Source: Callorhinchus milii (Eukaryota). From it: a DNA stretch of 64,000 bases. Where the stretch lies: contig NW_024704742.1 in assembly GCF_018977255.1 (NCBI RefSeq), positions 54,810,001-54,874,000 on the forward strand, written 5' to 3'. The position numbers were made by a program, and so were the translations under genes. Under the pieces are notes generated by a model. It searched no databases, was not told the DNA's origin, and worked only from the letters and a program-made list of their open reading frames with translations. Below, one piece after another: positions 1 through 12,699 of this stretch. Within the stretch, counting starts at the first letter, position 1; each line of letters begins with the position of its first letter.

Positions 1-691
1 CAATTTTATGTTCTTACTACTGATCATTGTGAATAGAATTAACTCTTAGAGCAGCATTGAGTTACAATGTATGGAAAAAAAAGCTTTTTGGGAGGTGTTG
101 CTTTGGAATTTTTCTGCTTAACGACATCTATTTGAACTTTTGCTTTGTCAGTGTCAATTATTTAGACTACAATTTGAGACCATTCACAAAGATAGCGAAA
201 CTTTGTAGTTCAATGGGTATTAAGTATTTTTGCAATATAAACATTACTTATTCCTTGAGAGATGGTATTGTTATAAATTTACCCTCTGGACTAGAAGTTT
301 ATATTTGGATACTGCAGGATTGTGTGTAATCCTAGCATACCAGTGTAAATTGTATTTACTATAGGAGATTCATCATGGGATTTATGTCACGAATGGAAAC
401 AAAATTTCTCTTGAAGATCAATTGTTATTTAGTAGAGGGAAGTGTTAAAGTGGGATCTGATTAAGACCCAACCTTCCCAGGTTTTTTCGACAACACATAC
501 AAGTACTGTATTTTCCAAATGTGATCAAACCTATAACCAATTTGTTTTAAATTGTATCTTTGGGAATAATGTGGAGATAACTGGACATTAAAAGGAGTCT
601 ATACATTTGCGTTGAAAATCAAGCTATTAATACATTAAGACTAATTAACATGCATTTCTGTTGAGTTTTAAAACTGTTTGTACAGTAGGAT

Positions 692-1041
692 GATAATAAC
701 AATCCTTGCATTTGATATAACACCTTATCACGTCTTTGAGATGTCTCAAAAAAGTCACAGAATATACTGTAAAGTGAATTGACTGTATAGTTTGTGAGCG
801 AAACAAGGCAACCAATTGCACACAGCATTGTCCCACAAATAGTGGCCACTTTTTTTTTAAGTGATTATTAACTCCAGAAAAATGATCCGCCAATCGACTA
901 ACAATCAGGTTCCTACTTACTGCTAGGTAAACAGATGTGGAGTAAGGAAACTTGCCCAGCGTTTCGCCCTGCTGGGAATTGAACTCAAGAGAGAGTTGCT
1001 TGAGAGGCGAGTGCTCTAACCACTGAGTTGCAGGACTCCCC
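692..1041 (-). mobile_element. tRNA-derived SINE, family B (tRNA head, CORE-like middle, L2-type tail)
   Basis: Reverse complement reads GGAGTCCTGCAACTCAGTGGTTAGAGCAC (A box), then TGGGCAAGTTTCCTTACTCCAC, ending AAGGTGTTATATCAAATGCAAGGATTGTTATTAT. Homologous to the copies at 2120, 51433 and 62500. Confidence 0.8.
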
Positions 1042-1164
1042 TAATGACCTTACAAGGGAGCTGCCTTTGGAGAGCTACCACCAACTTGCAATTACATAAC
1101 ACCCTCCTTGGGACGTCCTCCCGATGTGAAAGGCGCTACACACATGTAATTTTGTTGTTGTCCA

Positions 1165-2110
1165 CGAGAGTCACGTCTCAGAGCGCTTAACATTGGCGGA
1201 ACTTGATGTCCAGCCAGGGAGAGGGGAAGTGACTCTTCAGGAAGCTCTTCCGATACAATATAAAGACTGGCAAGGTGGAGGGATTGTGGCAGAGTTCCAG
1301 AGCACGGCCGCCGATTGTGGAGAAGAAGGGTCGAGCGACGTGTAGGCAGAGCCAGCTGAGCAAAGGCAGTGGGTAGTGAAGTGGGGTGTAAGCAGGAGGC
1401 GAAGTAGGGAGATGCTGGGCAATGAATGTTTTGTAAGTAAGTGTGACAATCTTGCAGTTGATCTGTTATGCAATAGGGAGCCTTGCAACGATGGGGGTGA
1501 TTGTGCTGCAGAATTTTGTACAGGTGAGAATACCTACTACGGGGGGTTGAATCAGTTACATTTTATGTGTGGTGAAGCTGGGAAGATTGGCAAGGATGGG
1601 CATTGGAAACATCAAGATGGAAGGTGACAAAAGCGTGAATGAGGATTTCAGATGCATTGGTTGTGAGTTACAGTTATAGGCAGGTGATGTGGTGGAGGTA
1701 GAAGATAGCAGTCCTGGTCAGGGACCAGATGTGGGATGGGACAGACTGTTCAAGGTCGAACCTGATACCTAGGTTGTGCTTAACATCGGTGTGATTTGAT
1801 GGTGAGCCAGAAAGTGGGGTGAGATGACGAAAAGCACAGTCAAAGAGAAAAATCTTCAAGCGAGATTTGAAGATGGGAAGAAAGGGACACGATGGAGGGA
1901 TTGAGGCAAGGAGTTCCAGAGTTTTGAGGGCACAACAGCTGAAAGCATGGCCACCAATCATAGAACAGAAGAAATGTGGGATGTGCAACAGACCTGTTCC
2001 AGCTGAGCGAAGGGGGTGGGGAGAGCGGATTGTCAGTAGATCGGAGAGGTTGGGAGATGCCAGAGCATGAAGAGGGTGTGAAGAGAGCATGAAGAGCACA
2101 ATGAGGGTGT
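1165..2110 (-). mobile_element. L2 LINE 3' fragments, degraded
   Basis: Minus ORF 1674..2099 reads LASPNLSDLL..LRSAGTGLLHIP..IGGHAFS..FKSRLKIFLFD, typical of the L2 ORF2 C-terminus. Confidence 0.8.
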
Positions 2111-2119
2111 GGAACCTGG

Positions 2120-2485
2120 TAATAATAATAATAATAAACCTTGCATTTGATATAGTGTCTTACCACATCGTTGAGATGACTCTTAAGTGCTTCACAGATA
2201 TCTGTAAAGTGAATTACTGTGTATTTTGTGGCCAACACGCAGCAGTCAATTGTGCACAACAATATCTCACAACAGTAATAAAATGAATATTAAATTTTTG
2301 AGGGGATTATTACCTCCGGAAAGAAATCCGCCAACTGACTAACAACTGGGTTCTTACTTGCTGCTAGGTCATCAGAGGCATGTAGAGTAAGGAAACTTGA
2401 CCAAGGTTTCACCCCACCCGGGAATCGAATCTGGGTCCTCTCGCTTGCGAGGTGGGTCCTAACCACTACACTATGGGATTCCACA
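2120..2485 (-). mobile_element. tRNA-derived SINE, family B
   Basis: (TAA)n tail at 2120. The minus strand has a B-box-like GATTCGATTCCC followed by CTTGGTCAAGTTTCCTTACTCTACATGCC. Aligns to 51433-51793. Confidence 0.8.
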
Positions 2486-3174
2486 AGTTCCATGATATGG
2501 GTGAGGACACGGGCAACAGGGTTTTGAATCATTTGGATTTATGGAAGGCAATCCTCCAGATAAAATTGGTCATTCACTTCATGACCATTTCTGGGACACA
2601 GCTATGCACAACTTGGCTGCTGTATTCCCCTTCAAATACACAACATTTCATTTTGCTGTAAAAATTGTGTGAAGTGCTTTGAGATGTTCTCCACATGTCA
2701 AAGTTGCTATATCAAATGCAAGGACTTATTGCAACATGTGGAAAATTGAGCAGCCCTGGATCACAAGATTGGTCTGGTTGAAGGAGGCCATTGCGCCTGT
2801 CCGATCTCCTCTCTCCAGAACACACATCTACCATCCCCCCATCACTACATCAAGCTGCTTTATATAAGAAGTCTAGTATCTTGGCCTCTACCACCTTTCC
2901 TGGCAACTTGTCCCAGTTGTTGATTCGCTCTGGGTAAAGGAAAACTTCCGGTGACAAAGGCATGGATCCTCAGCTGTGCTGGGGGTGGAGTAGTGACTGA
3001 GGCAGGAGATGTTGCAGAGATGGAAGAAAGTGGATATGATCAAGGAAGGTGAGAAAAGCTTTAATGATCAGTGAGGGAGAATAAAGTGCTGATATTTCAC
3101 ACTGGCTCTGTGAGCTGGAATGAACAGCCAGATATGAAACTTGACTAAAGCTAAATAAGTTCCTGCATTTTTTT

Positions 3175-4140
3175 AGTGTGACACGTGTGAAAACCCATCA
3201 CTATGCTTCAGAGTAACCAAACCAGTCTGTGCATCCCACCTACACATGGAAATTCCAGAGATATTTAGTGGAATACACTCCCTCGCTGGAGGAAAGCATC
3301 CTGCTTACCTAATTCTGGAAAGTATTAAGTGCAGGTTGGAAAGAGCCAACTCTTGGGGACTCCAGAATGTGCATTTGGGGTACTGCTGGATCTAACCATC
3401 TTAAACTGCCAACGTACCATTGAGAGCACTGCCTGGCAAGTTTTCTTTCTGTTTCTCCAGCTCGCACTACCCTCCCCATTAGGGCTTTGGCTTGCAGGGT
3501 TAATGGGAGCAGAGTGTGAAAAGTCCCTGCCCCCAGTGACTTGTTTGCCCCTCCAAGTACTGCCAATAAGGCAACTTGCTTTGCTATCATCAGTAGTGCC
3601 CTGGAGTACCATAGACCTGCCTAGCTTAGGAACTGGTCTACTGAGACTGCCACAGGGGATTGAATCGATTCTGACATTCCTTTGCTGAACATGTCACCAT
3701 GAAGCCAGTTCAGCTCCAAGGAAATCCTACTTACCTCCTTCCTCATTCCCCTCCTCCCCCCAACTCAAAGAGGGTAGTCACGAGTTGGCACTTCCTGGTG
3801 GGCAAAGCAGCTCAGCATGAAATGTGTGAGAACATTGCCACCATCTTCCTATGCACAGCTCAGACGCATTGTTTCCCATTGAGTGATGTTTCCACCAGTT
3901 GGGGGTTTGGAGTTTAAGCAGCAGGTGTTTACCTCTCTGCAAACTAATTCTAAGCGCTGGATGTACAAACGCATGTTCACAAACTCTAACTCCAAGTAAC
4001 AGCTTCCAGCAGCTGTCAACCCAAGCCTCGGAGTTTCCTCATAGCTTTCTGACAGACATCTTTGGCGTAGTGGTATGCAGTTCCTGCACAATATGTATGT
4101 ATTTAACCAAATGACTTTCAAGGCTGGATTCTTCAGTGAT
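3175..4140 (-). mobile_element. 3' end of an unclassified LINE family (copy 1)
   Basis: Colinear with 12700-13700: gaaaacccatcactatgcttcagagtaaccaa vs gaaacccatcaccatgcttaagagtatccaa, plus ggggtactgctgga and ccattgagag. The 12700 copy continues into an RT domain. Confidence 0.75.
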
Positions 4141-5289
4141 TCATCAACAAATTGTGTTTATGTCGTGCTTTTCACATTAAAGACCATCTCAAATCAGTTC
4201 AAGGAATGATGTTAATTATTAGAAATTAATGATTAGACTAGGAATGGATGTTATGCCAACATGACAGCTAATTTATGCCAGTCTCATGTTTTGACCCTGT
4301 GATTTAGATTATTGTCTTGTAATAATTTACTTGATTAGCATCAAGTACTCAAGTAGTTTAATCTGCCCTTGGGATAGTGAATCAGATCAACCCCAGTGTT
4401 CCAAAATAACTCTGTTGTCTAAGGGTTAAGGAAACTGGAATATTGACTATTATTCTATTATAATACAGTTTTTTTTCTCTCTGACTTAGCAATGAAGGGC
4501 CAACATGGATCCAAATAGAAAACACTTTAATACTGCAATAGTAGGTGAGACTCTGTTTTCCCAATAGCTGCTTGCATTTTAACAACATAACTTGCACTTG
4601 TATATTATCTAATGTAAAAATAAAAACCTCAAAGCTTTTTACAAAATATAATTAGAAATTAAGTGATTGTTACACAGGCAAATATAGCAACCAATCTATG
4701 ACTATGATATCACACAAACTGTGAAATTAAAATTAAGGAAAGAAGAAAAAGTAGGAAATACATATCTGAGGCAGCTGCCAATACACTTGTGTGGAGAAGC
4801 TTAGATCTGAGGCAGATTATCTTAGCATCTAATTTTGTGTGACTCTTTGAGTGGTAACATAGAAGCATTCAGGTTGGTGGAAACTATATGGTCTGCACCT
4901 TTATTATCTTTGCATCAGATGAAACTGTGTGCACTTATGGTTTACGGCAATCTCTCTTTGAGTCTTTCCCTTTCTGTGTCACATCACGCTTGAATCTGCA
5001 TTATAGAGAATCTTCGAGAGAATGTGATCTGTTGAGATTTGAGTTTCGTTGGCATAGCTCTGTGCAAATGTTGGTGGTAGGTTATTGGTCACAATGAATG
5101 AGAAATGTTGAGGCACTTGAAGGAAAGCTCTTTGATGTGGCAGTTTACAACAACAAATTGAATGTATATGCAACCTAATGCAGGGTAGCAACTAAAGTGC
5201 AAGTCTTGCCAAAGAGCGTGACTATGGGCAAGTGATTAAATTGCTAGCTGAGGCCTTGAAATCCTGGAGGAATTGAGCTTTCGGCAGGG

Positions 5290-5480
5290 TCTGCTTTTGA
5301 ACGTGAGGAACTTGTGAACTTTTAAAGAAACCTTCTCTTTTTGAATAGTGGCATGGGATCTTTAATGTCTACCTGAACAGGGAGATGGGACCTTGATTAA
5401 ACATCTCATCTGAAGGACAGCTCCTCCTAAAATGCACTGCTCCCCCAGCACCATATTGCAGTGTCAGACTGGACTGTCAA
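5290..5480 (-). mobile_element. DeuSINE (SacSINE1-like) fragment, family A
   Basis: aatagtggcatgggatctttaatgtctacctgaacag is the reverse complement of the Deu-domain motif GATGTTAAAGATCCCATGGCACTATT. Confidence 0.65.
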
Positions 5481-5989
5481 ATTCTCCTACTGTGGGTAGA
5501 ATAAAATTATTTACTTATAGTGCTATCTATAGTCTTTGTACATCCACTTGTATTCAGTTTAGTTGAACCATTCTATGACTCCCAATCTACTGCCATTTTT
5601 CTTTTGTATCTTTCATATAAAGTTAGATTTGATCTCCTAACTCAGCCATTGTGGTCTTGGCCTGCTAAGTTTCTTTTTAAAGGGGTATACTTGTTTCCTA
5701 AAATCTACTAAAACGGTCTGAAAAGCATTCCACTTTGTGTTTTCTGGTCCACTTCCCATATAATCCTGTCTTTGAGCCTTTGTCAGAGCTCCAAAGTCTG
5801 CTCTTCTAAAAACAACCATCTTGTATTTTCTTCTGGCTTTGGCCTTAATTATAGTTCTAAATTGAATGATGCAGTAAGCATTAAAATAATTAAGAAATAA
5901 AAGAAAGTAAGTAAGCTTAATCTTTTCCATAGCCTTTGATGGTAAATGAAAATACTGTTTCTTTCAATTCTTCAAAGACACGTGGCCAG

Positions 5990-6170
5990 AGCTTCCCCCA
6001 GTGGACGAATGGGTAAATAAATTGTAGCACAAAGCCATGTAGGCTGGAAGAGATCAAACCCAGTCTTCCCTGAATTAGTTGGGCTCATTCAATTTGAGTG
6101 CTTTAATTAATCTTAGTACCCCTAAATTAGAGAGTGAGAAAACACCTGGGTCCCCTCTCCTGAAGATTGT
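5990..6170 (+). repeat. old unclassified interspersed repeat (SINE-like); similar segments near 22440-22640 and 50850-51090
   Basis: Shared degenerate motif ~TTGGCCTCAGTGCCCCTGGGCTAGGGAG-AAAA---CC-GGG-TTC-CTCCTGA in three places, aligned by eye only. Confidence 0.35.
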
Positions 6171-9100
6171 CTAGGAAAAAAATGTTCGGAAAATTGTCTA
6201 GAAATGATCCCTCAGAACCTCTCCCTTCCCCCATTTCCCTGCTGGAAGGTACAAAGGTGCATGGAGAAGCCCAGCTTGGTTGCAATGACTCCTGTGGTTG
6301 AATAACAAACCAACGCTTACTGTAAATGTTTCTACAGGAATAATAGTTGGCAAAGTGTGAGGGGTGGAGGTTCCCAGGGGGGAGGTTATCTGGGTTAGAA
6401 AGGGAAAAACATTGGAGAAGAAAAAATAAGTGAGAACAAGAAGACCTTGGACCCTAAGTATTGTTTCTTTAGAATTATGTAAAGAAGCACACAACGATTT
6501 AGTGTTGGACATGCTTAACCCATGAAAACTGCAGTCTAATATGTTATACTGAAAATGTTCAAACAACTAAGTAAATCTCTCTTAAAAAGCTAATTTAAAA
6601 ATATTGCTTTCTTATTGAAATACTTTTTTTAAATACCCAATTACAAATAGAAACATATGCTATTTTAAAGAACCTTGGGACATCCTCCTGATGTGAAAGG
6701 CGCTTTATAAATGTAATTTTGCTGTTTAAAGTGAAATCCAACTCTGCGCTAAATATCTGTGCTGCGACTATGGGTTAAAAGATATAAGGCCAGTAGATTT
6801 TGTTTGGTCTGCCATGTGTCTGATACATCAACATGCTTTAAGAGTGTCCTAATCATCCAGAGTTCCACATATGTATGCCATCTATGCGTGGAAATGTATG
6901 TGACTGGAATGGATTTGATACTTTTTCCGTTTCTCTTTGGAGAAATGCACCCAGATTACTTAGTTCTGGAGAGCAATAAGTGCAAGCTAGCAACAAACCA
7001 CCCGACTTGTTAAGGCTTTGGCTTAACAAATCCTTGTCCCCAGTCTGCCTACCATCTTCTCATTGCGACATACATTTTTTTTAAGTGAACCCTTCCTGGA
7101 AACCCATTCTACCTGTTGATCACCACTGTGGAAAGAAATACTTCCAGATGTCTGTCCTAAACTTGCCTTTTCCACCTGCACCTGTGAACAGCTTGCACCC
7201 ATTTGCTCTGCTGACTGACCATGTATCAAAGTGCTATTGAAGGAAAGCTTACTCTCTATCTCATTAATTAGCTTTGATAAATGCTCTCTGAGATGCTGAG
7301 ATGTCTTTGAAGGCTGAAGGGTCCAAGCTGATGTAGTTCTTCACAGCTTATCCATCTTCAATGGAGATCAGCCTGGTTGCTCTCTTTCTGCACTGTCTAG
7401 ATTCAACACAGCCATCTTGATGCATTGCTCTGAACTGTTTGCATTACTCCAGGTGCCGCCAGACAGGAACACTGTTCTTGTCTGGCTGCACCTCTGGGAA
7501 TGTAATTCAATTGATGTTAGCAATGTAGCTCAGAATTGTGTGTGTTCTTATTACCGCCGCACACTGGTGTATATAGAAATGCAATTTGTTGTTGTTGGTA
7601 TGGTTACCAATTACCAACTAATACCCTGAAATGTTTTTCAAATTCTCACTTGGCAAATTTAGTGCCAAAAGTACACATGCTTTTTATTTTTTCTCTCCAA
7701 TAAGTAGTTCCTTGCATTGTCTCTTGCTTCTTTTGCTGATCCCAAGTGAATACCGGTTGACGATTCTTCATAATATTTTTGTATGAAGCTTGGTGCCTCT
7801 GCAAATTTAACTGCCTTGCATTGAATCTACAACTGAGGAAAATCAGCATGGCCTCCTTAGGCCCCCTCTGTTCTATTCCTTTTACCAATTACTAATCTGT
7901 ATTTTACCCTTGATGTCCAATGACGTTAATTTGTGTAGGAATCCTATTTTTTTATGAAAGTTGGCTAGGCAGGATCTAGCCCTTCTGAAGCACTGTTACT
8001 GTCAGTTGGGTCATTTTCATACTCTTAAAGTTACTTCTGATTGTTTTTTGATCACTGAGGTCCGTCCAATGGGTTATGGCTCTTTTGCCCTTCTTGAATA
8101 CTAGAATTATAATTGCTATTCTTCTGGTTAGTTCAAACTTGTCCAGAGTTTATTAGCTCCTTTAAAATGATTATTTGTGATTCTCAAATCCCTCATGTCT
8201 CTTTAGATACTCTATGCTTATAAACTGTATAACTTGAGGGAATATTGCTCACCAGCCTATTTATCCTATCTAGAATCCTCATTGCTCTCCAGATTCAAAT
8301 CTTGAACTCGAAAATGTTGGTGATGGATCAAATCTTGAACTAGAAAATGAACTCCTCTGCATTCCCTTTAGGGTTTGCCCCCACTGTCTCCGCAACCAGA
8401 ATTTTAAGGAGCACTCTAGACCAGAGCACTATAAATCTTGGGTATGACATTCGGTGATGTGAACTCGTGTGATTTAGCCTAGCGTTCTGTTTGTCTCGTT
8501 TATTGCTGTCTCACACTGTTTTGACAGAATGAATAATGAGTCATCTGACACTGTTAGAATCTCTTCCCGCTTACTTCTTGACAAGTTCTGACCTATGCAT
8601 GGAGTACATGTGTTTCCTATTCTTGCTTCCTGTATGTAGTACCTTGCATTTATCGGTATTGAACTTCATTTGCCAGTTACCCTATCAAGCTCTCTTTGCA
8701 AGGCTTTTGCTGTCTCTTAATTCCACATGTCCCCCAACCTGGAGGTGACTGCAAATTTAACTATTTTAGCCTGGACCTGAGAGTCCAGGTAATTAATATG
8801 TACAAGGAACAGGAGGCATCGCATACAGATAATTGAGCTAGCCCATTTAGCGCTCCGGGAAGCTACCCCATGTGAAGGGCATTATAAAAATACAAGTTGT
8901 TGTTGTTTAATACCCATCCCTTCCCCCCCAATTTGACCAGCTTCCTTAACAAAGACTCTCGTCAATTCTGAATCCATGTCCATGTCTTGCCCTTGAAACA
9001 CAATGACTACAGCTGTGAAGGAGTGTTTTATATAGTACTTTGTCAAATGCCCTTTAAAAGTCTACATCATGTGGATACATTTTTGTTTCCAATTTTTGAG

Positions 9101-9189
9101 ATCAGGTTTATGGGTCTATAGTTGCCAGGTATGGTTCTGTTACCTCTCTTGATAATGAGAATATTTTTGCCTGCTTCCAAGCCCTTGGA

Positions 9190-9420
9190 ACCTCCCCAGT
9201 GATCATTCATAATCCACAAACAGCCAATAAGTGAATGACGAGTTTTATCTGGGGAATTGTTAGCCGAGACACTGGGAGAAACTCCCTTTTTGAATAATGC
9301 CATGTGATCATTAATGGCCACCTGAATAGCCAGGCTTAACATCTTTAACCTCAGTTTAATATTTCCTCCAGATGATAACACCTCCAACAATGCAATGTAT
9401 TGGAGTGTCACTGTCTGACT
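9190..9420 (-). mobile_element. DeuSINE fragment, family A
   Basis: tttgaataatgccatgtgatcattaatggccacctgaa is an antisense Deu-domain core; flanks match the 62050-62420 copy. Confidence 0.6.
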
Positions 9421-11522
9421 TATCCCAAATGCCACCATCTTCAACTGCTTTACATTCTTTCGCTTCCCTAGTTTGTTGTTGGTCATCTCACTGTTGTCAA
9501 TTGGAAGAATTCAGTTTTTTCTACTACTTAAAGGTGGCTGCAGCAATGTCCATTAAGGCTGTTCTTTGATTATTTGTTTGTTCTTTTGTAAATATTTTGG
9601 TTTGTAATTCACACATTAAGGACAAGTTAACTCTGGGAGTATTTGCGATTTCTCTTTTTTTGTAATCCCTTTTTATTCTTAAAATTGATTATGCTAACTT
9701 AACTGGGGTTAGGAGAAGATCAAGAAGATCGAGAGATACTCGGGTATGAAGGGATTTGTGGTGATGGTGAAAACATTGAATTCTGTCCATTGGGAGATAG
9801 TGAACTAATGAAGCCAGTGAGAACTGGGGTGATGGGAATGTAATGCGGATGAGGACGGGGGGCAGAATTTTGTGCTGGCTGCCTGTGCATGTACTACTAA
9901 TTTCATAATATTACTGTCACCGTCGGCAATATCCTGTATCATTTCAAACATTGTAATTCAAAATACAGTCACTATACAATGAAGTGCAAAGTACTTTGAG
10001 ACGTTCTGATGTGAAACTATATCGAATGCAAGAATTTTTTCATTATTATTATATGCCAAGACTGCTGGCAGGAAATCAAAACAGGAGAGGGAATGAACTG
10101 AGACATGGCACATGGGAAGATTTCACTTCTCGGTGGAGCAAAGCCATAAAGAGTATTTTGAAAACTAGGACAAAGATGTTGAAATTAATTATAGACACCA
10201 GTGAAGAGAACATTGGAAAAATGTAACCTGGAAGCCAAATTTGACAGGATGGCTAATTAATTTGATACACCAAACTTCAGGTTCTTCCTTCCCAATGTGC
10301 AGCAGGCATCTATCTTGTCTATAACTGGAGGTTTGGCTTCTGACGAGGACTAGTTTGTCTAAATGGTCTGTTTCTGTGCTGTATCATGCTGTGAAATAAA
10401 GAATGAATAGAAGTTTCATCAGTGGTGGTGAGGTGGGGCCTAGGAGAGCAATGTTCTGTAGGTGGAAGAAGACAGTTTTGTTGATGGATCAAATCTTGAA
10501 CTAGAAAATGAACTCTGGGTCAAACAAAAGCTGAGGTTGGGTGCCATTTGATTTAGCCTGATCAAGCAACTAGGGAGTAATCAGAATCATTTTTATCAAA
10601 GGTTAATTATTGTTTTAAAAATAGAGTTAGCAATGATTTTATCTGCACACTGTTGGTTAAATTAGCAAAATTAAATTATGTATATATTTTATATTCAATT
10701 CTTGAGATTCCCCCCACTGTGATCCTTGTGTCATCTTTGTGATCTCCCCGTATGGCCTTCTTTTTCTGCAGTGCCCATTCCAGAATCTTTCTCCCATAAC
10801 ACTCTGTGCAGTCAACTGGAACTATCTGAGCGCAGTCACTATCTACCGCTACAAACAAAGGGGAGAATGCTTTCAGGGGCTGATAGATAGCTCTCTTCAT
10901 GTCCAGTAACATGTTACCTGACAGGAGCTCTTCTCTTCCCTTTGTTTGACAACAAAGAGCTTGACATCAAACAAAGAACAGAAAAATAAAAAATAAATTA
11001 GGTGCATTAATTGAGTGATTACCTAAGGATGTTTTATATCCACTTACCAAAACACAAGGAAAATCTTATCTCTGGATGAAAGTCCTAGGCATACTTTAAT
11101 TTATTTGGATTTGTAGCCACTTAATAGGTCAATTATGTTGTTTGTTCTTTATTTTTGTACGAGGTTGAGAACAAAAGCAACAAGCTGTAAGGCAGAAGAC
11201 TACTTAACCTTAACAAATGGACTTTACCTTTTTTTGGTTTAGTATAAACAGAAAATGCTGTCCCAAAGGATAAAACATTGGTTTGAATATTTTCATTTAT
11301 TGTACAAACAAATAGCTCAATCATCAAAAACAAAACTTTAGACTAAGATGAGGAGTTCAATTATACAATCTGATAATCTTTTATATGTCTCAGCATATTC
11401 AGTGCTCTAAGGATTGATCAGCGTCTTGGGACGTCCTCCCGACGTGAAAGGCGCTATACAAATGTAATTTTGTATTGTATTATATGTTCTACGATTTATG
11501 CTTATTTTTTCTTGTTTTCCAG

Positions 11523-11570
11523 GTATAATTGCCTACACAGAATACTTGTTTCTCTTGTGCATATTAACGA
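11523..11570 (+). CDS. MICU3: MICU3 coding exon, 48 nt, (G)IIAYTEYLFLLCILT(K)
   Basis: Acceptor ttgttttccag, donor gtgagt, phase 1/1. Peptide matches MICU3 GVISYTEYLFLLCILTK. I did not find earlier exons in the window. Confidence 0.95.
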
Positions 11571-12440
11571 GTGAGTCACTGAAGCTGGTCGCTTTTATTC
11601 ATTTTGAACAAGTTACATTGTTTTGATGTTAAAAATGAGCAGATTCATTTTAGAGATGCTACAATTTTGTTATTGGTGTCTATTTTAAAGCATTTTAAAG
11701 TATGATGTTTTTAAAATAATTACAAGAAATAATAATTTCCCTAAGATGTTTTAACACTACTAACAGTTTAGAATCTGGTTGTACATCTTTGACTGGACTC
11801 ATACTATATATTTTGGCTGCTTTACAATCTATCATGAAATGTTATTCTCATTCCATCAATTCTAAGGAAAATGTATTCATATCATTAAAAATTTAGTCCC
11901 ATTTTAACAATTCATTGTGGTTTACTACAGCATTAGAAGTTGAACTGCATGGTTGTCAACCATCTGCTACTAAAGATGAAATTGCACAAGCATCATAAGC
12001 AATTGAATTAATTTGCATAAATACAACTATTCATTAATTGTGAATCATGAGTGCAGTATTTGAAATTGCTTTTTCCTTGTCAGTTCACAAAGATTTACAT
12101 ACAATTGCTCATGTAAAACTCCAGAATCTTTTGAAGCATCCAGTAGATTTGAAATTAAGAAAATCTAAGCACACAAAAGGTTTGGCTTTTACATTGCTAT
12201 ATATCATATCACTGTCAGTTAGGGTTAAATATGTTTACTTGTAATTAGTTATGCCAGGTTTTATGAAATAGAATGATACACACATTCATCTTGTATTTTG
12301 TAGAAATTAAACCTCCCATGGAGTTAAATAATGAAAAGGTGGATCAAAGATAATTAACACATGAAACGCAGACAACAGTTGACATTTGGTAAAGTTCTTA
12401 CTCCTTTATGACTAATTCTACATTTTGTGTAATGTTACAG

Positions 12441-12523
12441 AACCTCATGCAGGTTTTAAAATAGCTTTCAACATGTTTGATACTGATGGCAATCGGATGG
12501 TGGATAAGAAAGAATTCTTGGTG
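12441..12523 (+). CDS. MICU3: MICU3 coding exon, 83 nt, (K)PHAGFKIAFNMFDTDGNRMVDKKEFLV, canonical EF-hand 1
   Basis: Acceptor gttacag, donor gtatgt. The loop DTDGNRMVDKKE fits the EF-hand consensus, and the phase joins the previous exon. Confidence 0.97.
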
Positions 12524-12699
12524 GTATGTATCGTAATTGAATATTTTCATTATGATTATTGAAACAATCTGCATAAATTTCAATTTATTACGAGATTGAT
12601 TTTCTTTTTTGAATGTTTATAAGAAATGCACCTTCATGTTGATAACCAGTTTTAGTGAAAAATCACTATGTACGCTTAATAGTACATTATGTTTTGTGT

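Noticed and set aside
10340..10400. CTGACGA-GGAC-loop-GTCT-AAA resembling a minimal hammerhead ribozyme core
   Set aside because: Lacks the GAAA and stems I/III. The following tggtctgtttctgtgctgta matches a decayed CR1 3' tail.
1..11522. Search for earlier MICU3 exons (e.g. the PPVWKGSSKLFRN segment)
   Set aside because: No matching exon with splice sites was found by eye; they are presumed upstream of the window.
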